DNA of 37,682 nt from Candidatus Cloacimonadota bacterium (GTDB lineage Bacteria; Cloacimonadota; Cloacimonadia; Cloacimonadales; TCS61). The position numbers were made by a program, and so were the translations under genes. Positions 27,022-35,134 of the stretch are shown in pieces (the first letter of the stretch is position 1; every line of letters starts with the position of its first letter). The stretch is taken from NCBI GenBank assembly GCA_029932755.1, contig JAOZPK010000003.1, positions 1-37,682 on the forward strand, read 5' to 3'. The notes under the pieces were generated by a model that did no database searches, was not told the DNA's origin, and saw only the letters and a program-made list of their open reading frames with translations.

Positions 27022-27186
27022 AATGTTTATTCCTTAATTCACTTTTTATCTACTTACACAAAAGTTATTTATAAATTCATGAGTCAAGTGATTTGATCTG
27101 CGAAATCACTACATGATAAATTCCTTGTCATGATTAATTAACTTTAAACTTTTGTTTTAAAATAAATTTATTAAGGAGAATAAATC

Positions 27187-28188
27187 ATGGCTTATAATCT
27201 TCGAAACAGGAATTTCCTGAAATTATTAGATTTCACACCAAAAGAGATCAATTTTCTCATTGATCTTTCTTTAGATCTCAAAAAAGCAAAATATGCAGGG
27301 AAAGAGCAACCTACTCTCACTGGTAAGAACATAGCCCTCATTTTTGAAAAAGCTTCTACCAGAACAAGATGTGCCTTTGAAGTTGCAGCTTTCGATCAGG
27401 GTGCTCATATAACTTATCTGGGGCCCGGCGGAAGCCAGATCGGTACTAAGGAGACAATGAAAGATACAGCCCGTGTATTGGGTAGAATGTATGATGGTAT
27501 TGAATATCGCGGTTTTGGGCAGGATGTAGTAGAGGTGCTGGGAAAATATGCAGGTGTTCCTGTTTGGAACGGACTCACAACTGAGTTCCATCCAACTCAA
27601 ATCCTTGCAGATTTCCTAACTGCCAAAGAGCATCTGGATAAGCCTTTTAATAAAATGGTTTTCGCTTACGTTGGAGACGGCAGAAACAACATGGGTAATT
27701 CGCTTATGGTCGGCGGTGCAAAATTGGGAATGGATTTTAGAATTGTAGCTCCCAAAGAGGTGCAACCGGATGCTGAACTCATAAAACAGTGCAAGGCAAT
27801 TGCCAAAGAAACAGGAGCAATGATCACAATTACAGATAACATCAAAGAAGGCGTGAAAAATGCTGATGTGATCTACACTGATGTTTGGGTTTCTATGGGA
27901 GAACCGGCAGAAGTATGGAAGCAAAGGATAAATCTATTGAAAGATTACCAAGTTAATAAAGCAATGATGGATATGACAGGAAATAAGAGCACTTTCTTTA
28001 TGCACTGCCTGCCTTCATTCCATAATGCCGATACAAAAGTTGGAAAAGATATTTTTGAAAAATTCGCTCTACCCGAAATGGAAGTTACTGACGAAGTTTT
28101 TGAAAGTAAAGCATCTGTAGTTTTTGACGAAGCTGAAAACAGAATGCATACAATTAAAGCCGTAATGGTTGCTACCTTAGGTCAATAA
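27187..28188 (+). CDS. argF: Ornithine carbamoyltransferase
   Basis: 333 aa. [21 protein letters not shown] (SMG loop), HCLPSFH motifs. SD AAGGAGA upstream. Anabolic versus catabolic role cannot be told from sequence. Confidence 0.92.
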   Translation: MAYNLRNRNFLKLLDFTPKEINFLIDLSLDLKKAKYAGKEQPTLTGKNIALIFEKASTRTRCAFEVAAFDQGAHITYLGPGGSQIGTKETMKDTARVLGRMYDGIEYRGFGQDVVEVLGKYAGVPVWNGLTTEFHPTQILADFLTAKEHLDKPFNKMVFAYVGDGRNNMGNSLMVGGAKLGMDFRIVAPKEVQPDAELIKQCKAIAKETGAMITITDNIKEGVKNADVIYTDVWVSMGEPAEVWKQRINLLKDYQVNKAMMDMTGNKSTFFMHCLPSFHNADTKVGKDIFEKFALPEMEVTDEVFESKASVVFDEAENRMHTIKAVMVATLGQ

Positions 28189-28231
28189 TTTTATTATCCT
28201 TGCTGAACAAATGTTCAACAGGGATTATTAT

Positions 28232-28993
28232 ATGAAGAAAATTCTATTATTATTATTTATCCTTATCATTCCCTATCTGTTAAACTCATACATTTTTGAA
28301 GTCGATAAATTAGAATCATTTATATTCATCTCCTCAGCTCTCACTCTTGATCTGAGCAATAATTACTTTGACAGGCGGATCATAGAAGCACCAACCAATT
28401 TAGAATTAGATGTGTTAGATGAGGATGATATTCCTTTTTTCGATAGAATTGGGTTACAACCATATTCAGCAACCCTAAAAGATTATAGTGATTATACAAC
28501 CTATCTAGCAATAGGTTCTACTCTTTATTGTCTGTACGAAAGTGATAAAGAGATTTTATTGGATAATCTATTAGTTTTCAGTGAGATAATGATAGCTCAG
28601 AGTGCAATTGCTAAATGGACAAAAACCCTTTCACATCGCTATCGACCATTCGTGTATGATGAGAATATATCTTATGACAAAAAAAAACAGAGAAACAGTC
28701 AGCATTCATTTTATTCGATGCATTCCTCAACAGTGTTTGCTGCTGCTACAAGCGGTTATTATTATTACAGTACTAATTATGGTCATAATATTTTTATGGG
28801 TTCTATTTTGTTTGGATCGGCAAGTGCTACTGCAATATTGCGAGTGGCTGCAGCTCAACATTTCCCATCAGATGTTATCATTGGAGCAATTGTTGGAAGT
28901 GGTGTAAGTTATGTTATTTGCAAGTACCATCAGAATAAAAAACTAAAATTATCTTTTGGTTATGATTCTGTGGATATTAGTTATAGATTTTAA
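28232..28993 (+). CDS. PAP2-family membrane phosphatase
   Basis: ATG 28232 (MKKILLLLF, signal/TM) is preferred over 28211. Motifs KWTKTLSHRYRP (KxxxxxxRP), SMHS (PSGH-like), LRVAAAQHFPSDV (SRxxxxxHxxxD-like). Confidence 0.8.
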   Translation: MKKILLLLFILIIPYLLNSYIFEVDKLESFIFISSALTLDLSNNYFDRRIIEAPTNLELDVLDEDDIPFFDRIGLQPYSATLKDYSDYTTYLAIGSTLYCLYESDKEILLDNLLVFSEIMIAQSAIAKWTKTLSHRYRPFVYDENISYDKKKQRNSQHSFYSMHSSTVFAAATSGYYYYSTNYGHNIFMGSILFGSASATAILRVAAAQHFPSDVIIGAIVGSGVSYVICKYHQNKKLKLSFGYDSVDISYRF

Positions 28994-29011
28994 TTAGCAA
29001 CGAACTTTCCT

Positions 29012-29222
29012 CATCCTGCTGTCCCTCTCCCGCTTCTACGTCACCGGAGTGGGAACATAAGAAGTTGCAGGAAAAATTCCCTATTTAATCTGTCACTACA
29101 CAATTAATAAAAAAATGCTCACAACTAATCCGGCAGTGGCCGGAGTAAACAGTCATGGGCTAATATATAATTTATCTCAATCTTTTTTTAATCCCTAATT
29201 CTTAACTCCTAATCCCTAATTT
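29012..29222. repeat. Mosaic of short repeat modules between convergent genes
   Basis: catcctgct... also occurs at 24400. Hairpin ccggc-agtg-gccgg. agtcatgggcta (29151-29162) is identical to 33076-33087. aatccctaatt appears twice (29190-29200, 29211-29221; 21-nt period) and ends at the stop codon of the minus-strand ligase gene. Confidence 0.6.
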
Positions 29223-30752
29223 CTACTTCTCACCGTTCTCCTGTCTTTCTCTACATATCCTTTCAACTTCACGGAATGCAACTTTCCCGCTTCCCATAAT
29301 TGGAATATCTTCTATTATATAAAATTCTTTGGGAACAGCAATTGCCGGTAGTTCTTTAGCCATCTTTTTCAGAATCTTCTTTTTATCAAATTCACCGGTT
29401 GCAACAGCAGCAACAACATCGGCACCTTTTTTAGGATTCGGAACATCCACAACACAACAGATAGCACCTTCCGGTAAAAGTTTAGTAAGCACTTCTTCTA
29501 CTCTAACCAGAGAAACCATTTCCCCACCTACTTTCACAAATCTTTTCAGGCGTCCGCGATGCCACAAGAAACCATCTTCGTCAATAACTCCCATATCTCC
29601 AGTATCATACCAGCCACCGTGAATATGCAGAGAAGTCTCTTCTATATCGCCAAGGTATCCTTTCATCACAAGATCACCTTTTACAAATATCTTACCTTCT
29701 TTGTTTGCTGATAGTTCTTCATCGGTTTCTCTATCCAGTATTTTTACTTGTACTCCTGGTAATGGTTTTCCAATACTTCCGGGTTTATTCGCACCAGGAA
29801 CATTTACAGAAATAACCGGACTTGTTTCGGTAGTACCATAACCTTCCAATATCTCAATTCCGTGATCTTTTTGGAAAGAGAGTCGTAATTTTTCTGTGAG
29901 TTTATCAGCTCCGGCGATAGCATATCTTACTGAGGAAAGTTCTCCCGGATTTGATTTGCGCTGATATCCGTGGAAGAAAGTTGGAGTTCCGATAAGTACC
30001 GTTATTTTATAATCTATAATTGATTTTACTATCGCACCGTAATCAAGCGGATTTGCATGGGTTATTATTGATGCACCGAGATAGATCGGAAGCCAGAAAG
30101 TTGTAGTTAAGCCAAATACATGAAATAGTGGTAATGTCCCTGCAAAGATATCATTTTCATTTACATCAATTATTTGTGGTACTGCTTTTATATTATGAAA
30201 AATATTTTTATGAGTTAATTGAACTGCTTTTGGTTCTTTTTCGCTTCCACTTGTAAAAAGAATAACAGAAGTAGAATTTTCATTTCCATGTTTAATTTTA
30301 GATTGTAATAATCCCAAAGGTAATTTGGAAATAATAGCTGCTTTGAGTTTTTCTGGTGTTTTGAGAGAAGCCATTATATCTTCTAAATAGATCATTCCAT
30401 CAACAGGTTCACAATTAATTTTTTCTAGTAATTTTTTACTGGTTATAATTGTGAGAGAACTGCATTTCTCTTGGGCATAAAGGGAATTCTCTCTAGCTCC
30501 GGTTGAATAATTTATCATTACCGGTACTTTGCCGGCCATTAGAGCTCCTAATACTGAGAGTAAACATCCGGCAGAAGTAGGAACCATGATGCCTAAATAT
30601 TTACCTTTGTATTTTTTGAATCTTCCGGCTAATATCAACGCTGCTATCAACATTCGATCATAAGAAAGATCCTTTCCTGTCGCTTGATCATAGACAGCGA
30701 TCTTCTTTGAGTGTTTCTTTGCAACTTCTACAAATTTCTGTTGTAACTGCAT
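29223..30752 (-). CDS. AMP-dependent synthetase/ligase, Aas-type (acyl-ACP-synthetase-like), stand-alone
   Basis: AMP motif ILFTSGSEKEPKAV, GYGTTETSP, TGDMG. GRLKRFVKVGGEMVSL closely resembles my recollection of E. coli Aas (GRAKRFAKIAGEMVSL). ATG 30752 is preceded by AAGGAG; the ORF-track GTG 30779 is unlikely. Confidence 0.8.
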   Translation of the reverse strand: MQLQQKFVEVAKKHSKKIAVYDQATGKDLSYDRMLIAALILAGRFKKYKGKYLGIMVPTSAGCLLSVLGALMAGKVPVMINYSTGARENSLYAQEKCSSLTIITSKKLLEKINCEPVDGMIYLEDIMASLKTPEKLKAAIISKLPLGLLQSKIKHGNENSTSVILFTSGSEKEPKAVQLTHKNIFHNIKAVPQIIDVNENDIFAGTLPLFHVFGLTTTFWLPIYLGASIITHANPLDYGAIVKSIIDYKITVLIGTPTFFHGYQRKSNPGELSSVRYAIAGADKLTEKLRLSFQKDHGIEILEGYGTTETSPVISVNVPGANKPGSIGKPLPGVQVKILDRETDEELSANKEGKIFVKGDLVMKGYLGDIEETSLHIHGGWYDTGDMGVIDEDGFLWHRGRLKRFVKVGGEMVSLVRVEEVLTKLLPEGAICCVVDVPNPKKGADVVAAVATGEFDKKKILKKMAKELPAIAVPKEFYIIEDIPIMGSGKVAFREVERICRERQENGEK

Positions 30753-31017
30753 AATAACTCCTTGTATTTTTTCTTCCACTTAATTCAACTCGTTTCAAAT
30801 CCTTGCAATCACATCATGTCAACTGATAAATTTCATAGTAATAACTATTGCTACCTTTACCTTTTCTGCATCTCTTTAAATAACTTAGAGTTATATGAAT
30901 TTGATTCATTTATAAATTATTCTCTTTTATGTTACTTCTTATAAAAATAGATTTAATTTTGTTCAGGAATCTGTATTTGACAAATATACACTCATTTAAA
31001 AGCTGTTTGTTAGTGAG

Positions 31018-32910
31018 GTGATATTGAGTAAGAATATAATTTCAATTGAAGAATTGAATAAATCATTCGCAGAAAAACTAATTTGTAAAAACAATTCATT
31101 TGGGATTTTTGAGAATGAGAAGATTGGTTTAGTTGGAATAAACGGTTGTGGTAAATCAACACTTTTAAAACTTCTGGTTGGAATAGAGCCTGCTGACTCC
31201 GGAAAAATAACATTCCGTAAAAATATTCGCACTGGTTATCTCCCTCAAATCCCGCAACTTGACTCTGAAAAAACTATTTATGAAGAAATCTATTTCAGTG
31301 ATCACCCTCAATTTGATCTTTTAAGAAAATATTATAATATTCTCAAAGAACTTGAAACTGAACCAACACCGGCTTTAGAAAAAAAACATCATCGTATTAT
31401 AAAAGAGATTGAATCTAAAGATGCATGGAAGATAGAGATTAAAGCAAAAAGCATTTTAGATAAATTTGGATTTAGTGATGTAAATCAGAAAATATCTACT
31501 CTCTCCGGTGGTCAGAAAAGACGCATTGATCTAGCTAGAGTTTTAATGGATGAACCGGATGTATTATTACTTGATGAACCAACTAACCATCTTGATATTG
31601 ATACTATTGAATGGTTTCAGGATTATTTATCGAATTATAAAGGCACGATCATATTCGTAACTCATGATCGCTATTTTCTCGATGCAGTTTCTGATAAGAT
31701 AATAGAAATGGATAATGGTAATATCAATTTTTTCAAAGGGAATTATTCATATTATCTACGTAAAAAAGAGCAACAAAATATAGATGTTCAAAGGAAAGAG
31801 ACAAGACGTAAGACTCAATTGAAAAAGGAACTCAAATGGCTTCAACGAGGTGCGAGAGCTAGAACTTCCAAGCCCAAAGATCATCTTGATCGAGTGAAAG
31901 AGCTAATAGATAAATCTTATTTGTCTGAAAATAAAGAACTTGATATATCCTTCAAAACTAAGCGTTTAGGAAAAACGATATTAGAGATTAGAAACATTTC
32001 AAAACAATATGATGATAAAATCCTCTTTAGCAATTTTAATCATAACTTCCAGAAATTAGAGAGGATCGGGATCATCGGACTTAATGGATGTGGAAAAACA
32101 ACTCTGCTAAAATGCATCATGGAAGAGATCGAATCCGATAGCGGTTCAATCAAAGTTGGTGTCAATACTTCATTTTCGTATTTCCAACAATACATTGATG
32201 AATTCGAAAATAACCAGACTGTTCTGGGTTACATTCAAGAATTTGCACATAATATCCGAACTGCTGATGGAATTCTTCATTCCGCCTCTAAAATGTTACA
32301 ACGCTTTCTTTTCGATGGGAAAATGCAGCAGAGCAAATTAGAGAATTTATCGGGTGGAGAAAAGAAACGGCTTTATCTTTTACGTTCTTTGATGTTTGGA
32401 AATAATTTTATCATCCTCGATGAGCCTACAAATGATCTCGATATTCGAACTCTAGAGATATTAGAAGATTATCTTGATGCCTTCAAGGGTTGTATCGTTG
32501 TTGTTTCACATGATAGATATTTCTTGGATAGAGTAACAGATTATCTCTTTATTTTCGATGAGAATAGAATTGTAAAATTCCCAGGTAATTACTCCGATTT
32601 TCTACTGGTTAAAAAATATCGTGATGAAGAGAAGAAGAAGAAGAAAAACACAAAATTTAAAAGCAAAAAGCAAAAAATAAAAAAGTTATCAAATAAATTA
32701 AGCTTTAATGAAAAACGTGAAATAAAATTGATTGAAAAAGAGATGGAAAATATTGAAGATCAAATTTCAATATTGAATACTAGAATAGAAAAAGAAGCAT
32801 CAAACCTCTCTTCTGCTGATTTTAGAGAGATCACAAATGAATTGGAAAAGCTTAAGATCAGAATGGATGAACTCGAATCACGCTGGTTAGAATTGGATGA
32901 AAAAAATTAG
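31018..32910 (+). CDS. ABC-F family ATPase (Uup-like, no TM domain, Lys-rich linker and C-terminal coiled coil)
   Basis: Two ABC cassettes: Walker A GINGCGKST and GLNGCGKTT, signatures LSGGQKRR and LSGGEKKR, Walker B LLLDEPTNHLD and IILDEPTNDLD. Start codon uncertain (GTG 31018 or TTG 31024). Confidence 0.9.
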   Translation: MILSKNIISIEELNKSFAEKLICKNNSFGIFENEKIGLVGINGCGKSTLLKLLVGIEPADSGKITFRKNIRTGYLPQIPQLDSEKTIYEEIYFSDHPQFDLLRKYYNILKELETEPTPALEKKHHRIIKEIESKDAWKIEIKAKSILDKFGFSDVNQKISTLSGGQKRRIDLARVLMDEPDVLLLDEPTNHLDIDTIEWFQDYLSNYKGTIIFVTHDRYFLDAVSDKIIEMDNGNINFFKGNYSYYLRKKEQQNIDVQRKETRRKTQLKKELKWLQRGARARTSKPKDHLDRVKELIDKSYLSENKELDISFKTKRLGKTILEIRNISKQYDDKILFSNFNHNFQKLERIGIIGLNGCGKTTLLKCIMEEIESDSGSIKVGVNTSFSYFQQYIDEFENNQTVLGYIQEFAHNIRTADGILHSASKMLQRFLFDGKMQQSKLENLSGGEKKRLYLLRSLMFGNNFIILDEPTNDLDIRTLEILEDYLDAFKGCIVVVSHDRYFLDRVTDYLFIFDENRIVKFPGNYSDFLLVKKYRDEEKKKKKNTKFKSKKQKIKKLSNKLSFNEKREIKLIEKEMENIEDQISILNTRIEKEASNLSSADFREITNELEKLKIRMDELESRWLELDEKN

Positions 32911-32991
32911 CATCTGACACAAAAAAAATAGCAACTAACAAAAGATAGAATATAATTTTTATAAACAATAGTTCAATAATCCATTTATTTA

Positions 32992-33047
32992 GTCCTGTCA
33001 TGCTGAGCCCTTCGACTTTGCTCAGGACAGGTTTAGTCGAAGTATGA
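32992..33047. repeat. GC-rich structured intergenic element, copy 2
   Basis: Matches 22481-22526 (see copy 1). Here stem 1 extends to cctgtc[atg]ctgagc / gctcaggacagg. Confidence 0.8.
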
Positions 33048-33061
33048 AGAACTATGAAATT

Positions 33062-33170
33062 ATTCCCACGACTAAAGTCATGGGCTATTTCAAAATTACT
33101 TTTTCCTTCAATCCTTGATCCTTAGTCTTTACTTCTCTTCCTCTTTACTTCTCTGTGTCTTTGTGCCCCA
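33062..33170. repeat. Hairpin plus pyrimidine-rich tandem modules abutting the patatin stop codon
   Basis: Hairpin cccacgac-taaa-gtcatggg (33065-33084). aatccttgatccttag. ctttacttctct twice (33127-33138, 33143-33154; 16-nt period). Confidence 0.6.
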
Positions 33171-33183
33171 GTGTTGAAGTCTT

Positions 33184-34137
33184 TCACAAATTCTTTATCC
33201 TATCTTTCAGATTATCACCAAGTTCCTTTATTCTCGATCTTTTTTGCATTTTCTCTTCCAGCTCTTTCCTCAACTGCACAACATCATCCTTCACACTTTC
33301 TAAAACATCATTTGCTTTATGAAAATCTAAAATCCCAACATCTTCTAATTGTGGTTTAATATATATATCGGGAGTTTTTATCTTCATTTGATACTTAATA
33401 ATAGAATCTTGCAATATTACAAAGCTATTCATAATATTATCAAATAAATTCGGTGCTTTTACCTTCTTGGGATTAATCACATTTCCTGAAACATCTATTG
33501 CAATTGTAATATCACATTCATCTTGGATAATATCATAAGGTAGATTATTAGTTATTCCACCATCAATTAAAACCATCTCGCCTATAATTACCGGTTCAAA
33601 TACAGCGGGAATAGACATACTTGCTCGAATTGCCGGGATAAGATCACCTGAATCAAAAACGACTTGTTTCTGCTCCCAATAATCTGTTGCAACAATTTTC
33701 AAAGGTATTTTCAACTTTTCAAAAGTTTTTACCGGTAGATTCTCTTCAAAGAATTTTTCTACTCCTTTTCCATATATAAAACTCGTATTTTTAAAAAAAG
33801 AAATATCGATCATTTTGTGGATGTTTTCAAATTTTTTATAATATCCTTTTAAATCGGTTATTGTATCATCAACGAACTTCTCTAATTTATTTCCCTCCTT
33901 TTCTCTCGAAGTAATCTCCTTTTCTGTTTTCTTGGTACTAATATCAATTGTATCTAAAATGTCATTGATTTCCTCTCCCGATAATCCCGAAGCGTAAAAA
34001 GCACCTATAATAGCACCAATACTTGTCCCTGATATCATATAAGGTTTTAGGTTCATTTCATCTAAAACCTTAAGAAACTCAATATGACAGATTCCTCTAG
34101 CCCCACCACCGCCAAGCGTTAATCCGATTTTCTTCAT
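33184..34137 (-). CDS. Patatin-like phospholipase (RssA-like)
   Basis: 317 aa. Oxyanion GGGGARG, nucleophile GTSIGA (GxSxG), catalytic IDGG. Charged C-terminal helix. Confidence 0.85.
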   Translation of the reverse strand: MKKIGLTLGGGGARGICHIEFLKVLDEMNLKPYMISGTSIGAIIGAFYASGLSGEEINDILDTIDISTKKTEKEITSREKEGNKLEKFVDDTITDLKGYYKKFENIHKMIDISFFKNTSFIYGKGVEKFFEENLPVKTFEKLKIPLKIVATDYWEQKQVVFDSGDLIPAIRASMSIPAVFEPVIIGEMVLIDGGITNNLPYDIIQDECDITIAIDVSGNVINPKKVKAPNLFDNIMNSFVILQDSIIKYQMKIKTPDIYIKPQLEDVGILDFHKANDVLESVKDDVVQLRKELEEKMQKRSRIKELGDNLKDRIKNL

Positions 34138-34198
34138 GTTCTTTCCAACCTGTTTATATTTATTAATTCATATTCTAAAATAATTATTTAATGCCAGC

Positions 34199-34225
34199 TT
34201 GACAACATATTTCTATTCTTAATAT
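34199..34225 (+). promoter_or_regulatory. Candidate sigma70-type promoter for murI
   Basis: TTGACA (34199-34204), 15-nt spacer, TAATAT (34220-34225). The spacer is shorter than optimal. If real, it argues against the ORF-track start at 34225. Confidence 0.3.
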
Positions 34226-34260
34226 TGGAAATTAATAAATTTTTTAAGGGGGACGATATT

Positions 34261-35067
34261 TTGGATAAAAGACCAATCGGAATTTTTGATTCAGGTATTG
34301 GTGGATTGACTGTATTTAAAGAAATCCGCAAACGATTTCCATTCGAAGATATCATCTATTTTGGTGATACTGCCAGAGTTCCTTACGGACCAAAATCCCG
34401 CAACACTGTTATAGAGTATTCAATTCAAAATGCTCGATTCCTGATTCAGCAAGGAGCAAAGATCATTGTGGTGGCTTGTAACACTTCTTCTGCAACAGCA
34501 TTAACGCAATTACAAAATTTGCTCCCGGTTCCGGTACTTGGTGTTATCGAGCCTGGTGCTCTCTCAGCAATTAATACTTCCACTAATAAACGCATTGGCG
34601 TAATTGGAACAGAAGGAACGATTCGCAGTCAGGCATATTCATCGGCGATTTCCAAACTGGATGAAAGTTGTAGTGTTTTTAGTAAACCTTGTCCTCTTTT
34701 TGTTCCACTTGTTGAAGAAGGCTGGGAAGATCATGAAGTGACCCAGCTAACAATTAGAGAATATCTTACTTCTCTTTTGCAAAATGATATTGATACTCTA
34801 GTTCTGGGTTGCACTCACTATCCAATTATCAAATCTTCAATTCAAAAATTTGTCGGGGATAAAATCAGCCTTGTAGATAGTGCTCAAGCAGTCACAGACA
34901 AACTTGATGAGATCTTACCCAATAGAGAATCTAAGGTAATTGGTAAAAATCGTTTTTATGTGAGTGACAATGAAGAAAAATTTAATAGTATTGCTTCTAA
35001 AATACTCGATCTGGAGATAGAAAAATTGATAAAAGTAAAGTTAGGTGAAGGTTGGTTTATCAACTGA
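34261..35067 (+). CDS. murI: Glutamate racemase MurI
   Basis: GIFDSGIGGLTV, VACNTSSA, LGCTHYP motifs. TTG 34261 lies 7 nt after AAGGGGGA; the ORF-track TTG 34225 is an alternative. Confidence 0.9.
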   Translation: MDKRPIGIFDSGIGGLTVFKEIRKRFPFEDIIYFGDTARVPYGPKSRNTVIEYSIQNARFLIQQGAKIIVVACNTSSATALTQLQNLLPVPVLGVIEPGALSAINTSTNKRIGVIGTEGTIRSQAYSSAISKLDESCSVFSKPCPLFVPLVEEGWEDHEVTQLTIREYLTSLLQNDIDTLVLGCTHYPIIKSSIQKFVGDKISLVDSAQAVTDKLDEILPNRESKVIGKNRFYVSDNEEKFNSIASKILDLEIEKLIKVKLGEGWFIN

Positions 35068-35077
35068 TAGAAAAAAT

Positions 35078-35134
35078 ATGAAGATAAATAAATTATTCAA
35101 AGTAAATTTAGGTGAAGGCTGGTTTTTAAACTAA
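35078..35134 (+). CDS. Possible 18-codon mini-ORF (MKINKLFKVNLGEGWFLN) created by duplication of the murI 3' end
   Basis: ATG 35078. The stop TAA (35132-35134) overlaps the ATG of the next gene (TAATG). The last 14 codons parallel the last 14 codons of murI (11/14 aa identical). No SD upstream. Confidence 0.3.
   Translation: MKINKLFKVNLGEGWFLN

Noticed and set aside
27076-27135. ARG box (ArgR operator) upstream of the OTCase gene
   Set aside because: The aattcatga / catgataaattcc strings match only half of the TNTGAATWWWWATTCANW consensus. The match is too weak in AT-rich DNA.
27271-27924. Minus-strand ORFs of 109 and 102 aa
   Set aside because: Antisense to the canonical ornithine carbamoyltransferase gene.
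28602-28907. 101-aa + strand ORF in an alternative frame of the PAP2 gene
   Set aside because: The PAP2 frame carries all three phosphatase motifs. The alternative frame has none and no SD.
29190-29221. Possible CRISPR-like or telomere-like short repeats (aatccctaatt twice; also ctttacttctct twice at 33127-33154)
   Set aside because: Only two copies each, periods of 21 and 16 nt without spacers of CRISPR size, and no cas genes. Treated as intergenic tandem modules instead.
29329-29622. 97-aa + strand ORF
   Set aside because: Antisense to the AMP-ligase gene, with a Ser/Thr/Pro-rich low-complexity translation.
30762-30944. 60-aa ORF in the ligase/ABC-F divergent spacer
   Set aside because: It starts inside the ligase 5' end, has a low-complexity Leu/Phe/Tyr/Asn-rich product and no SD. 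More likely promoter DNA; TTGCAA-N17-ATAAAT at 30803-30831 is a possible + strand promoter, at low confidence.
33171-33359. 62-aa + strand ORF
   Set aside because: Begins in the repeat tail and runs antisense to the patatin 3' end.
33184-34137. Patatin lipase as an anti-phage (CBASS-type) effector
   Set aside because: No cyclase, nucleotidyltransferase or other defence gene is adjacent. It is a single gene between housekeeping genes with RssA-like architecture.
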